From: a virus
Virus record (IMG/VR): IMGVR_UViG_3300013099_000002
Span: 25,838-89,837 of that record
Reading direction: 5' to 3' (one strand)
Length of the DNA stretch: 64,000 nt
The position numbers and the translations under genes are program-made. Shown in pieces: positions 47,312-57,933 of this stretch; within the stretch, counting starts at the first letter, position 1; each line of letters starts with the position of its first letter. The notes under the pieces were generated by a model. It was not told the DNA's origin. It saw only the letters and a program-made list of their open reading frames with translations, and searched no databases.

Positions 47312-47325
47312 TGCAATTGATTGCA
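47312..47325. repeat. 14-bp near-palindrome (copy 11)
   Basis: TGCAATTGATTGCA exact, intergenic. Confidence 0.95.
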
Positions 47326-47718
47326 TTAAACTGTGGTCAACTTAATGACACCTATTAAATAATCATCGTTACCAGAGTTTAATCTTGGTATTAATGGATT
47401 AAATGCTACCGCTGGTGGTTCTTCATGTCTAAAAACAACAGCAATGATAGTCCCATCTACGTTTAGCTGATACACGGCACCTACTACAGTAGCTAATGCC
47501 AACACTTGGTCAACTTGTGTTTTAGTCAACCACCCTGTTTTATCAGTAGCTTCCAATAGTATAGATTCCCCTAAAGATAATCCTTGAGAGAATATAATAG
47601 AACTACCTGCTAATGTTCGCAACGTGGTTTGTGCTACTTGTTGAGAAACATACCGGTCTCTCCAAATCATATTAGGGTTTAAATCCACCCCACCTAAATT
47701 AAATACTATTGCCGCCAT
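47326..47718 (-). CDS. distal tail-like protein
   Basis: L...M.W.D......V.Q...RTL.G, G..I.L, W.T...V pattern. Confidence 0.6.
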   Translation of the reverse strand: MAAIVFNLGGVDLNPNMIWRDRYVSQQVAQTTLRTLAGSSIIFSQGLSLGESILLEATDKTGWLTKTQVDQVLALATVVGAVYQLNVDGTIIAVVFRHEEPPAVAFNPLIPRLNSGNDDYLIGVIKLTTV

Positions 47719-47720
47719 AA

Positions 47721-48722
47721 TTAGTTACCCCCAAATCGTGTAATATTGTTTGCAGTCCAAGAACCAAAAGACGAAGGTATATTGGCTAAATCAGAAGGAA
47801 TTTCACCCTTTTCATAAGTAACCTGAAAATGTCTACCGGTTAATGTTACCGGTTGTGGTGCTTGGTAAGTTACTGACATGTGGAGCCTATGTAATTCTTG
47901 GTCAAACTCATGGTGTACTACTTCCTTTAGGTAACAAGTATCTGCCGTATTAGGCCCAGAACAAATATAAAGGTATTGGTCTATTGACCTTGCCAACCTA
48001 CCACTAAAAGTATAAAGACCAGAATGGGCAAGCTCATACCTTAACCCGTGCCCTATTTGGTCAATTGCTATTAACCCAGTAATAGGATGCACTTGGTCAT
48101 CTTCTGGGCTTGGGTCAGTGAAATACTGCTTACCTGTTTGGAACGCCTCATGGTCTGCTTGCCACCCAAAAAAACTATTCCCTAATGCTGGGGTCAACCT
48201 AGAAGAAGTACCATCTATCGGTCTTTGTTCTGACTGAACTACAAAGTCCTGAACTACAACGGTCAATTCCGTAACTAAATTAGCATCCAAACCGTTCGGT
48301 AAATTTATAAAGGCCAACCCAACACTAACTCTATTGAAAGATACAATTTCTAATCTATCCCCACTACCTCCATATAAGAAATCGTACCTTTCAGTGTTGT
48401 ACCTATTAGTATCTATAGGAGATATAATTTCAGTACCGATTACAGGTAAGTTGAAATCTACCACTACGTCTGCGGCACCATAATCTGCTATTTCTTGTAA
48501 GGTAGGCGCTCTAGTTTCGTAATTTTTTCTTCTTACTTCTACAAGCCACTCGACACCCAAACTACTAGGTGCCATTTCCAACGCAGAAGATGCAGACACT
48601 TTATTCCATGAAAAGCCTGGGATACCTTGGTCTAAAATCAAAGGTATTATAGGATTATCTTCAGTAGTGCTATCGCCATTAGCAACCAGTATTCTTTGAA
48701 AAGGCCCCTCAGAAATCGCCAT
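47721..48722 (-). CDS. hypothetical tail-region protein
   Basis: 333-aa ORF after tape measure. Confidence 0.7.
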   Translation of the reverse strand: MAISEGPFQRILVANGDSTTEDNPIIPLILDQGIPGFSWNKVSASSALEMAPSSLGVEWLVEVRRKNYETRAPTLQEIADYGAADVVVDFNLPVIGTEIISPIDTNRYNTERYDFLYGGSGDRLEIVSFNRVSVGLAFINLPNGLDANLVTELTVVVQDFVVQSEQRPIDGTSSRLTPALGNSFFGWQADHEAFQTGKQYFTDPSPEDDQVHPITGLIAIDQIGHGLRYELAHSGLYTFSGRLARSIDQYLYICSGPNTADTCYLKEVVHHEFDQELHRLHMSVTYQAPQPVTLTGRHFQVTYEKGEIPSDLANIPSSFGSWTANNITRFGGN

Positions 48723-48724
48723 TA

Positions 48725-51700
48725 CTAACCCCCTGCTACGCCACGTTGAATATCTTGCAAGGCATTAACTATTAAGCCAACTGAATCACGGCTACCTGTT
48801 AAGGTAGAGTTACGCCCCCCATTGAAACTTAAATTAAGTGTTGTGGTTGCACCGTTTTGATTACTTACTGGAACAGCCGCAGGTAAATTAGGAATACCAA
48901 CGCCACCACCACCTGCAAAGGCCGGTAAATTATTTTTGTTAAATCTCATTGAATTAAGACCTTGAAACAATGATTGCCCATACCGTTTTACTGCTTGAGC
49001 TTTTATAACAAATTCACCATTTGATAATTTAGCAAGTATGCTATCAGAAGTACCTGAACCAGCCCCTCGCACGTTTCCTTGTATCGCCCTTGCCGTTCCT
49101 TCGGCAAATTTAGGTATCGCTGAACTAGCCCGTCTTACGGCTCCAATTAGGCCACCTACTGCCCGTTGCTCAATAACTTTAACAATATGGGTGGAGTATG
49201 TAGTTCTTCGTAAACTATTAATAGCATTTTGTGCTGAACTTGTATTTGCATTCACCGTATGAGGTGAAGTAGTTGGTCGAACAATAACACTTATTGCATT
49301 CTCTACTGAAGCCGTATCTGGAACAATCCTATGTTGGGAAGAAGTATCCGTAGTAATATCATTAATAGCCGTTATCGCATCAATAACATCAGCAACAATT
49401 TTATGCTTAGATTCAGTATCACGGGTCACGTCAGCAATATCATCTTTTAAGGATAAGTTATCCAGAATCATAGTGTGTGTAGATTCAGTTGGTGTCCTTA
49501 ACTGTTCTATAGCCGCTTCAACTTCTGCGGTTTCTGCAGTAAATTCAACATCCTTAACTAATGCTTCTTCAAGAATACGCGCCTTAACAATATTGAATTT
49601 TGTTTCAACCGGTATAAGTTCAACATCCACTCCCGTTCCAGCCAAAGCCGCTTCAACTTCATCCAACGCCTTAAAAAATGAATCTGGGTCTGAGGCCGCA
49701 CGAACCAATACATCAATCTCTTCTTGACTAAAAAAACCAGTGATAGTTGATTTAGTCGTGTTTAGTGACTCTTCATTAGGAAGGGTGCTGATTGCAATAG
49801 CAGTTTCAGGACTTGCACTAATTTCATCCACCACACGTTTTACTTCACGTTGTACTTGAGAAGTTTCTGGTGCTTTAAAGGTAGATTCAAATTCAATTTT
49901 CTCACCGGCTAATTTTCTTAACGTAATATCCAACTTATTTAAAGTCTGAGTTAAACTTTCAAACAATTCTTTTTCAGCATTTTTTGCATCATCAACAACT
50001 TGTTTTTCTGCTTTAAGTGCTTCAACTAATCTACGTTGTGCTTGCTCAGTACCACCTATTGCCGCTTGAACAGATGCTTCTTTTGAAAGTTGTACCTGCT
50101 CACCTTTTTTTATCTCGCCAACCAACTGACCGGATAATGAAATCTGGCGGTTTGCTAATTGTTTTGCAAGTTCAAAATCACCACTAGCTAAAGCCTGATT
50201 AAATTTACTGGTAAGTTCCGCAATCTCCTTTTTCTTATCATTGTAAGATTGAATATCAGTAAGCCCTTGTCTACGCAATTCACGTATTCTTTGCTCACCG
50301 GAAAGTTCTGCATCCGAAATCTGTTTAGCTAATCCAATAGATTGCTGTGTTAATGATTTTAGTCTATTAAAAGACTCATTTCTTAATGTATCAATCTTAG
50401 AAAATTTATCACGCTCAATCTGTAATATTTTTTCATTGGTTGCTCTTGCAAGTTCCGCTTCATATCGTGCAAATTCAGCAGTTTTTTGTGCCCCTGCTTC
50501 TAAGCCGTCAGATTCGATTGCTAATAATTGTGCTTGTTCTTGTTTAGCAATCTGCTTTAATTCATTCGCATTCTGTTCAGCTAAAAAAGCCACCGTTATA
50601 TAGTGAGATTTAAAAACCTCTGTTATTGCCGGTAAATCTTGTTCAACTTCCAATACAGCCAATTGTGCTGTTCTTACTCTTTCAAGTTGCTCAACATTTT
50701 GGTCAAAGCGAACATTGGATGCTTCTCTTTGTGCATCGGCTAATGCTTGGGCATCTTTGGCAGTTTTTTGTAGAACTAATGAAGCACGAAATGCTGCCTC
50801 TTCTTCAGCACGTAATAATCTAGCCGCCTTTTCAGCTTCCCTATTAAAATTCTTTTCAGCTTCTACAGTTTGTTTAATGTCATCCGTTACTTCATTAATT
50901 CCATTCTGCATTGCTTCAATAAGTTTTGGAGCTTGGCCTTGAATAGCTGCTAATTGTTTTTCTGCTTCAAGTAATTTTAATTTACCTAAAAGTTGGTCTT
51001 GAAGTGCATCAATTTCTTTTTTACTTAAGGAGGCTAATAATTCTGCACTTGCAATTTCCACATCACGGGAACCAGCGGCTTCTTGTTTTTTAATCGTATC
51101 AAGTAAATCTTGTTTGATTTTATCAAGTGCCGCTTCTGCTTCTGCTAATTCTTTAGTGGCTTTAGTAAATTCATCAATCCTGAATATGGCATTTCCAAGA
51201 TAATTTGCAAAGTCCACAATCGAACTATCTTTAAAGAAATCAAGTATTGCCTCAAATAAAGGTTTCAATACACCGAACGCACCAACAATAGCTAAAATAC
51301 CCCCTACAATAGCTCCTAAAGCCGGTAGTAAGGCGGTTGCTCCAACACCGGCAAGAACGCCCATGGCTGAAGTTATCGCTCCAATAGCAATCGCTAACGT
51401 GCCACCTATAACTAAAATAGCTGATATTGCCGTAACAACCAATCCTAATGTTTTAGATAATACTGGATTAGCTTGTGCCCATTTATTGAATCCATCAATA
51501 ACAGAGGTAATAGATTGCACAATTGACCGAATAGTTGGAGCTAATGCTTCACCTAATGTAATAGCTACACCGGCAACTGCAGAATTGAATATGTCAATAT
51601 CACCGGATAATGTATCAAGTAAAATTGCTTGAACAGAAGCCGCAAACCCATCAGCATTATTTCTAATTGCTTCACGTAAACTATTAATTTGTGTGGTTGC

Positions 51701-52807
51701 TCTGGAAGCACTTACACCAGCACCGGCTGTAAATAATCCAAATACTTGTGCAGATTGTGCCGCATCTAAATTTGCTTCACCAAGGTCTGCAAGTATTGGT
51801 CTAAGACCTCTAAATTTACCCTCAGCATCAGTCGTGGCTACACCAAGTTCTTCTAATGCTACTCTTGCTCGTTTTGTTGGATTCTGCAATCTCAACAACA
51901 TGTTACGAACAGCGGTACCACCTTCCGCACCCTTAATACCAACATTGGCTAACGAAGCCAACACAGCCGCCATATCTTCCAGCTCTTCACCAGAAGCCGT
52001 AGCAATGGCACCAACAACCTTAACACCGTTACCTAATTCAGAAACACTGGTATTCGCATTGGAAGCGGTAAAAGCTAATACATCATTAACCCTACTTAGT
52101 TCTTCAACACCCAACCCGAATGAAGCTAATACATTGGTTGCTAAATCTGCGGCTTCGGCTAATTCAAATCCACCTGCGGTTGCTAGTTGCAAAACTCCAG
52201 GCAATGCCGCCATGGATTCTGTGGCAGTTAATCCTGCTTGGGATAAAAATATTAAACCTTCTGCCGCTTGTTGTGCAGTAAATTCCGTAGTCGCGCCTAA
52301 CTCCTTGGCAACTTCGGTCATTTCTTTAAATTCGTTTTCGGTAATTCCAGAAGTAACCGCCTTTACCCTTGCCATTGTTTTTTCAAAGTTAACAAATTGC
52401 TTAATGGCACCAACAATAGGTAAAGCCATTGCTACCCCAAAAGCGGCAGCAGCGACACCAGCACTACGAATACCCTGACCAACAGTTCTCATTCTAGTAG
52501 CTAACTGTTGAGACTGGGCACCGGCTTCTCTCATCCGGTTTCGTAGTTGAGTAAATTGATTAGATAGAGCCGTTATTTTGGTTCTAGCTAAAGTGGAGAT
52601 ACGTGTGACTAATTGACGTAAGGAAGTGCTGGTTGATTTTACGCGCTCAGAAGTGGTACGCAATCCATTATTCAAACGGTCTACGCGAGCATTACCTAAT
52701 TTATTTGCGGCCTCACTAGCCTTCTTAAAATCATCATTTAATTTAGTAATGACTTTTGAAGCGGTATTCTTCGCCTTGATGAGTATTTCTAACGTTGTAT
52801 CAGCCAT
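48725..52807 (-). CDS. tape measure protein
   Basis: 1360 aa, Ala-rich helical; TP901-type core (ELGATTEFTAQQAAEG..FL.QAG); C-terminal G.G.GTSDSI.A.LSNGEFV. Confidence 0.92.
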   Translation of the reverse strand: MADTTLEILIKAKNTASKVITKLNDDFKKASEAANKLGNARVDRLNNGLRTTSERVKSTSTSLRQLVTRISTLARTKITALSNQFTQLRNRMREAGAQSQQLATRMRTVGQGIRSAGVAAAAFGVAMALPIVGAIKQFVNFEKTMARVKAVTSGITENEFKEMTEVAKELGATTEFTAQQAAEGLIFLSQAGLTATESMAALPGVLQLATAGGFELAEAADLATNVLASFGLGVEELSRVNDVLAFTASNANTSVSELGNGVKVVGAIATASGEELEDMAAVLASLANVGIKGAEGGTAVRNMLLRLQNPTKRARVALEELGVATTDAEGKFRGLRPILADLGEANLDAAQSAQVFGLFTAGAGVSASRATTQINSLREAIRNNADGFAASVQAILLDTLSGDIDIFNSAVAGVAITLGEALAPTIRSIVQSITSVIDGFNKWAQANPVLSKTLGLVVTAISAILVIGGTLAIAIGAITSAMGVLAGVGATALLPALGAIVGGILAIVGAFGVLKPLFEAILDFFKDSSIVDFANYLGNAIFRIDEFTKATKELAEAEAALDKIKQDLLDTIKKQEAAGSRDVEIASAELLASLSKKEIDALQDQLLGKLKLLEAEKQLAAIQGQAPKLIEAMQNGINEVTDDIKQTVEAEKNFNREAEKAARLLRAEEEAAFRASLVLQKTAKDAQALADAQREASNVRFDQNVEQLERVRTAQLAVLEVEQDLPAITEVFKSHYITVAFLAEQNANELKQIAKQEQAQLLAIESDGLEAGAQKTAEFARYEAELARATNEKILQIERDKFSKIDTLRNESFNRLKSLTQQSIGLAKQISDAELSGEQRIRELRRQGLTDIQSYNDKKKEIAELTSKFNQALASGDFELAKQLANRQISLSGQLVGEIKKGEQVQLSKEASVQAAIGGTEQAQRRLVEALKAEKQVVDDAKNAEKELFESLTQTLNKLDITLRKLAGEKIEFESTFKAPETSQVQREVKRVVDEISASPETAIAISTLPNEESLNTTKSTITGFFSQEEIDVLVRAASDPDSFFKALDEVEAALAGTGVDVELIPVETKFNIVKARILEEALVKDVEFTAETAEVEAAIEQLRTPTESTHTMILDNLSLKDDIADVTRDTESKHKIVADVIDAITAINDITTDTSSQHRIVPDTASVENAISVIVRPTTSPHTVNANTSSAQNAINSLRRTTYSTHIVKVIEQRAVGGLIGAVRRASSAIPKFAEGTARAIQGNVRGAGSGTSDSILAKLSNGEFVIKAQAVKRYGQSLFQGLNSMRFNKNNLPAFAGGGGVGIPNLPAAVPVSNQNGATTTLNLSFNGGRNSTLTGSRDSVGLIVNALQDIQRGVAGG

Positions 52808-53425
52808 TATCCTTTTCCATTTTCTTTGCGAGTTTCAAAAATTCTTTATGCTCAGAATGATACGCCAAACGCATGTGCATCATGTTAGTAAACTGTTCTG
52901 AGGATTGTCGTTTTTTTGCAAGGCTGAAAAATCCGTAAAGCTGTTTTATCGGGTATGTGAATACTTTATCAATAGCATGTCCATTAGCTATTAAATATTC
53001 CGCAGCTACCTCAAGTTCCGAAAGCCAATCATCGAAGATTATTTCTTCGTTGCTGGTGCCGGTAGGTCGAGGTTTTCCATCCCCTCTGTGAGACTGCGTA
53101 TCATGTTTCCCAATTCAGCAGTATCTACCGCTGTTAGTTCCCAGATTTTTTGCAATGCAATCAATTGCACTCCAAAAGGTAATGATTTTACATTATCAAT
53201 ATGTTCTGGTTCCCCTGCTGAGTAAGCTATGAGCTTCGCTACGAGTACAGGTGATTCCTTTAACAATTCAGTAAAATCCAGCTTACCATCAAACAAAGAA
53301 GCTATTTCCTTTGTATGCTCTTTTAACAGTCCGGCTAACGCCTCCAGTGTCAAGCCTTGAACCTCAAAATCCCCGTGAGGACTCTCTATCTTCTCTTTAA
53401 TAGCAACTAAATCTGCTAAACTCAT
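52800..53425 (-). CDS. tail assembly chaperone, -1 frameshift extended form (gpGT-like)
   Basis: Slippery G GGA AAC at 53105-53111; -1 frame open to TGA at 52800, overlapping the tape measure start. Confidence 0.8.
53039..53425 (-). CDS. tail assembly chaperone (gpG-like)
   Basis: Between major tail protein and tape measure. Confidence 0.8.
   Translation of the reverse strand: MSLADLVAIKEKIESPHGDFEVQGLTLEALAGLLKEHTKEIASLFDGKLDFTELLKESPVLVAKLIAYSAGEPEHIDNVKSLPFGVQLIALQKIWELTAVDTAELGNMIRSLTEGMENLDLPAPATKK
53156..53169. repeat. 14-bp near-palindrome (copy 12)
   Basis: TGCAATCAATTGCA exact, intragenic (VQLIA). Confidence 0.95.
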
Positions 53426-53443
53426 TTCTCTTCTCCACTACGC

Positions 53444-53479
53444 AAAAAAAAGAGAGGGAGGTTTTTATTTCTCCCCCTC
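53444..53479 (-). terminator. intrinsic terminator after major tail gene
   Basis: GAGGGGGAG/CTCCCTCTC stem followed by T tract. Confidence 0.75.
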
Positions 53480-53516
53480 GTGTCACCCACCCAACAATTA
53501 TCCTATGAGGATTTTG

Positions 53517-54281
53517 TTAAGCTACTTTACGAACTCTGAAATATTTACTACCAGATGTTTTTAATGCATCCGATAATAGTTTACTTTCAATTTCCATTTG
53601 TGCAACTTCATCTTGAATCAATGCTAACTCAGCCAGTGGTTGCATTGAAGCTTTATAAATATCAATTACCACAGGTTTGTTAGTATCAGCAGTATTTAAA
53701 CCCTCAAAACGTACCACTTTAATAGGTGGTGTTCCGGTAGTTACCGCTTCAATATTTTCTTGTGTTACGAAAGTATAATCAACTTCAAGCAATTCGCCAT
53801 CAGTGATTGAACCTGTACTTAATACCTTAATAGTACCGGATACTGAATTAACTACATAATCGGTATTTTCCACAAAAGTTGTTGAGGCACCAACATCAGT
53901 TACCACTACTGCAGAAACTTGAATATTAGCTAATGGAGACCATAAATCATGGTACCCCAACACAGCCTCATCAGATACAGTAGCTCCGGCAACTTCATTT
54001 GAAGTACCATACAATGCCAATGCTAGGTTTTCCTTAAATAAGGATTCCATTGTCATTGTCATAGTGGCATTAATTTCTTGAACAATCTCAAGGTCAATAC
54101 CACGAACACCAGTACATGAATCTTTGTGTTCAAAAGTTGTTGTTTCTACACCCAGAGTCAAGGCAGATACGTTACCAACTGGACGTAAACCCAGTGGCAA
54201 GCCAGTTACCGCATCACGGTCTCCAACTAGAATCGCCCCTTGACCTGAGAAGTATTGATTTTCTACGCAAGCATCAGCCAT
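53517..54281 (-). CDS. major tail protein
   Basis: YFSGQG, VGNVS.L.L, ENLALALYG, RFEGLNTA. Confidence 0.85.
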   Translation of the reverse strand: MADACVENQYFSGQGAILVGDRDAVTGLPLGLRPVGNVSALTLGVETTTFEHKDSCTGVRGIDLEIVQEINATMTMTMESLFKENLALALYGTSNEVAGATVSDEAVLGYHDLWSPLANIQVSAVVVTDVGASTTFVENTDYVVNSVSGTIKVLSTGSITDGELLEVDYTFVTQENIEAVTTGTPPIKVVRFEGLNTADTNKPVVIDIYKASMQPLAELALIQDEVAQMEIESKLLSDALKTSGSKYFRVRKVA

Positions 54282-54324
54282 TAGAACTTCTCCGAATAAA
54301 ATTTAATAAGTGTTTCATCAGGGG

Positions 54325-54531
54325 CTATCCCTGACTATCTTCGCTCGACTCTGAAACCTTGACTCGAAAGCCAATACGGTTTTCCTCTAATTTTTCTGCT
54401 TGTAAAAGAGTAACTGCTATTGTTTCCCCTTTCACGCATAAATCCCCTTTATGGTAATGTTCCTTTTCAAGAACAATATCAACTTTTTTTGCTTTCACAA
54501 CATCCTTTTGTTTCTGTTTATTCTTTTTCAT
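54325..54531 (-). CDS. small hypothetical protein
   Basis: 68 aa, GGTGG RBS. Confidence 0.6.
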   Translation of the reverse strand: MKKNKQKQKDVVKAKKVDIVLEKEHYHKGDLCVKGETIAVTLLQAEKLEENRIGFRVKVSESSEDSQG

Positions 54532-54575
54532 ATTCCACCTAATATAGTTAAGAGTACAACTACTTTACAAAGTAA

Positions 54576-55016
54576 TCAACTGGTAAGTAACACAACCGTT
54601 TTCCAACGCTGAACATAGCCCAAAACCGCAGGACTTATTTCAGTTGGAGACTCTGCAACAAATTGCCATTTTCTTTGTGCCCCAGCTCTTACAAGTTTAG
54701 TACAAGCAATTTCCCTTCTCATTTCATCAAGTAATAATGTTGAGCCGGATTTTAAATCACCTATCTTATCCTTGCATTGTTCCCCACCTATCAAATAAAT
54801 ATCACAAACTAAGGTTGCCGCTAACCCAGTTCTACTTGAATCATTATTCCCTTGCATACCAACATAAACCACCCCAACCGCAGGGAACCCTATTTTCTTT
54901 TTGGCATCAAGTAAATCATCTTGGTCATAAAGGTAAACAGTTTTCTTGGCAATAGATGAAATCAATTGCAATTTAGACGTTAAATCTGCCACCGCATCTG
55001 AAACTATGTCAGCCAT
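54576..55016 (-). CDS. tail terminator-like protein
   Basis: Position before major tail gene; PAVGVVY.G and Y.Q.W motifs. Confidence 0.6.
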   Translation of the reverse strand: MADIVSDAVADLTSKLQLISSIAKKTVYLYDQDDLLDAKKKIGFPAVGVVYVGMQGNNDSSRTGLAATLVCDIYLIGGEQCKDKIGDLKSGSTLLLDEMRREIACTKLVRAGAQRKWQFVAESPTEISPAVLGYVQRWKTVVLLTS

Positions 55017-55458
55017 TTTTTGCCTTCTCTATTCTGTTTATAAGTAATTGCTGTATTATGGTTTCATCTTCATCATTGAAACCCAAGAACACCCGTTTCA
55101 CATTCCCATTAAGACCTTTTTGGTGTACAGGTGCATACTTAACATCGGTACCAATAGCCCTTACATCGTTACCTCGCTTAAATAATTGTATGCTATGGAA
55201 CAATACCCCAGTATCAAACAATGTAGCGAAACTTTTACCCTTACGGCCTTTACCTTTACCGGCTATTGCCGCTGGTGAGCGTACCCATTTTCTACCATCA
55301 GGGTCGGTCTCATCTAAAAACCGTGTCCTGATTCTATTCAATAATATTGCACCGGCTTCATCTACAACATCTTCCTCAATAAGTGATTGTTCAACCCGTG
55401 AAAAGGTATTGATTAAATCACCTATCCCAAGAATATCGACTTGAAGCAAATCTGCCAT
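55009..55458 (-). CDS. virion morphogenesis / tail completion protein (Mu gpG-like)
   Basis: RF..E.DPDG..W, L.DTG.L..SI, GT.V.YA..HQ.G, R.FLG. Confidence 0.85.
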   Translation of the reverse strand: MADLLQVDILGIGDLINTFSRVEQSLIEEDVVDEAGAILLNRIRTRFLDETDPDGRKWVRSPAAIAGKGKGRKGKSFATLFDTGVLFHSIQLFKRGNDVRAIGTDVKYAPVHQKGLNGNVKRVFLGFNDEDETIIQQLLINRIEKAKNG

Positions 55459-56132
55459 TACTGAATAGGTTTTCTTGCCGAAGGATAATACCTAATGTAT
55501 CGCTCTACAAGAGCCACTACATTATTTTGTGCAATGTTTACCGCACCACTATCTTTTACCTTCTCACCATCACCACAATCAGAATTAAAGGCTATCATGG
55601 CTTGAAGTAGAGCCGCCTCTTCTAACCAATCTGGAACCAATTTATAATTTTTTCCAAACTTATTAGTTGAAGATTCAAAACCGCAAGTGTAGGTAGCTTG
55701 AATATAAAACTGATTAAACCGTCTAAACCTTGGTAAGCTAATATTGCTTTCAGGGTCATCGGTTATCATCACCAAGCCTTTATTTAATTCCTTAATTAAA
55801 ATCGTGTCGGGAACAATATCAGATACAGCTAAATCACCTATAAATTCTGATAACCGAAGTTCCACAATTATAGGGTCAGGCAAAGCACCGGCATCTTCAA
55901 AAACAAAACCGTTGGTTAAATAAATTTCAAAAAAGTTTCCCCTCCAAGGTTCTTGTTCAGGGTCTATCCAATATTTATCTACAACGGTTTGTCTTTCAAA
56001 TCTAGTTCTAAGAAGCGAAGATAAATGTATCGTGGCAGATTCTAATGCCGCAGATGCCCGAAGATTAACGTCATCTATATCACCAAGATTCAGTCTTATT
56101 CTTAACGCTTCTACGGTTGCTAATTTTGCCAT
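55458..56132 (-). CDS. head-tail adaptor
   Basis: LA.V..L..RL, Y..GF, VP.WL.EA. Confidence 0.65.
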   Translation of the reverse strand: MAKLATVEALRIRLNLGDIDDVNLRASAALESATIHLSSLLRTRFERQTVVDKYWIDPEQEPWRGNFFEIYLTNGFVFEDAGALPDPIIVELRLSEFIGDLAVSDIVPDTILIKELNKGLVMITDDPESNISLPRFRRFNQFYIQATYTCGFESSTNKFGKNYKLVPDWLEEAALLQAMIAFNSDCGDGEKVKDSGAVNIAQNNVVALVERYIRYYPSARKPIQ

Positions 56133-56144
56133 GATACTTACCTA

Positions 56145-56534
56145 TTAAACTTGAACAGTTTTTTCTTTCTTGCCAGTCTTACGTGTAGTTTTTTTCGCAT
56201 CAACTACAGGTTTTTCTGGGGCATCCGGTGCATCAACTTCCGCATCATCACCTTCAGGGTCTACCAAATCTTCACCAGCTTCTTCACCAGCTTCTTCAGC
56301 ATCGCCTTCACCAGCATCTTCTTCGCCTACACCAGTATCCGCATCTGTTCCTTCCTCAGAAAAATCAACTTCTTCTGCCTCAACAGCTAATACAAAGTAA
56401 GATAAATCACGGGTATCTTTAACGCTTAAAAGGTAATTACCTACCGAATCTGAAACAGCGTAGTTTTTGCCTTTTTCGTATTTCTTACCACCAGCAATAT
56501 AGTTATTGCCGATATTTAATTTAATTTTTTTCAT
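56145..56534 (-). CDS. hypothetical protein with acidic low-complexity tail
   Basis: 129 aa after capsid genes. Confidence 0.7.
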   Translation of the reverse strand: MKKIKLNIGNNYIAGGKKYEKGKNYAVSDSVGNYLLSVKDTRDLSYFVLAVEAEEVDFSEEGTDADTGVGEEDAGEGDAEEAGEEAGEDLVDPEGDDAEVDAPDAPEKPVVDAKKTTRKTGKKEKTVQV

Positions 56535-56552
56535 TTCTCTATCCCCTATACT

Positions 56553-56586
56553 AAAAAAAGAAATGAGGGCCTAAACCCCCATTTTC
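56553..56586 (-). terminator. intrinsic terminator
   Basis: AAATGGGGG/CCCTCATTT stem followed by T tract. Confidence 0.7.
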
Positions 56587-56597
56587 ATTTGTATCTC

Positions 56598-56840
56598 TTA
56601 GAATGCTATTACAGTAACAACATCAGTATCAACCCAATCAACTGAACCAGCGTTATTGATTGTAACGGCACCTGAATTAGAAACAGATACCGCACCATCC
56701 CATGCCTTTGTGACACCAGCCGCAGTTCGTACTTGAACCACCGCACCACCACCACTTGTTTCATTGGCAAAATTTAGAACAATAGCACCAGCAGAAACAT
56801 CTGCAGAAGTAACTAAATGCTCTCGACCTTTACACTTCAT
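56598..56840 (-). CDS. possible capsid decoration protein
   Basis: Small beta-rich ORF after MCP; start reassigned to MKCKG (GGAG RBS). Confidence 0.6.
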   Translation of the reverse strand: MKCKGREHLVTSADVSAGAIVLNFANETSGGGAVVQVRTAAGVTKAWDGAVSVSNSGAVTINNAGSVDWVDTDVVTVIAF

Positions 56841-56932
56841 ATCATATACTCCAAAAAGTAAAAAACAATGCTCCACATGGAACAATCGAAGTTTTATCTA
56901 CGACTGCTCCATACAAAACGTACCAGAAAAAA

Positions 56933-57874
56933 TTAGACGTTTAGGTATTTTACAACCGCATCTTCTTCTTCAAGTTTGAAATCAACTCTTGCAGTCAGAA
57001 CAATAATGTAAACACGTTCCGAAATATCTTTATCAGTTTCAATATGAATCTGACGCTGAATACCAAAAATCAAGTTCAAGGCATTGGTAAGTAAACCGTT
57101 TGCAGAAGGCATCAAAGAAGCCGCTTCAACAGGAACACCGAAACCAAATACAGGTGAAGTGCCTTGAATAACAGAATCACCTAAACCAGTTTCGCGGTTA
57201 GATAGTGAATCACGGTACTCAATTTCATTATCAACAGATACCCAATGGCGTAAGCTATTAAGGTTACGAAGATACTGGTCAGGCATTGCTTGTAAACCAG
57301 ATTTGAACATAGATTTACCGATACCTGCGCTCAAGTTATCAACTGTATTAGTTGTAGCTTGTTTCAAGTAACCATCCACCAATGCTAAATATGCATCACC
57401 AGAACCAGTGTCCCCTAATAGAGCTAACTCTTCTAAGTCTAATGCCGCACGTTCCGCAATCAAAGTCATAATAGTGTCTTTGATACCGCCAGAAGTAGGC
57501 GAACCACCTGTGTCAGTTTGAGCCCCAATATTTCCACGCTCAATGTTATCTTCAATAACATCATAAGGTAATCGAATTTCAGCGATTACTTCTTTAGTAC
57601 TCAATTGAACTTGCTCTGTAATAGGTTTGCTTCTGTCACCTACTGAAAGAGCTGTACCTGAAACCCCAGGGCGTAAGATACGTGAAGCAAATTGAATCTT
57701 ATTGATATTACGTTGAGGGCTGTTCATTGTTACTGAACGAGCTTGACGTAAAATCGTTGGTTGTACCAAAAGCTTACGGATAAAGCTGTTTGATTGTTCA
57801 GCAGTTAAAAGGCCGCCAGTTGATAAATCACCAACTGCCCAGTCTGCTTTCTTCATTAGTTCTGCGTTGTCCAT
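56933..57874 (-). CDS. major capsid protein (HK97 fold)
   Basis: DL..GGLL..EQ...FI, YDV.EDNIE, DLEEL.L.GD, DG.LK, T.R.D...EE.DA.V. Confidence 0.9.
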   Translation of the reverse strand: MDNAELMKKADWAVGDLSTGGLLTAEQSNSFIRKLLVQPTILRQARSVTMNSPQRNINKIQFASRILRPGVSGTALSVGDRSKPITEQVQLSTKEVIAEIRLPYDVIEDNIERGNIGAQTDTGGSPTSGGIKDTIMTLIAERAALDLEELALLGDTGSGDAYLALVDGYLKQATTNTVDNLSAGIGKSMFKSGLQAMPDQYLRNLNSLRHWVSVDNEIEYRDSLSNRETGLGDSVIQGTSPVFGFGVPVEAASLMPSANGLLTNALNLIFGIQRQIHIETDKDISERVYIIVLTARVDFKLEEEDAVVKYLNV

Positions 57875-57933
57875 TATTGAACTCCTATTTATAAAATTTA
57901 TTAAAAAAACAAAGGTTGATTACTGATTACTTA

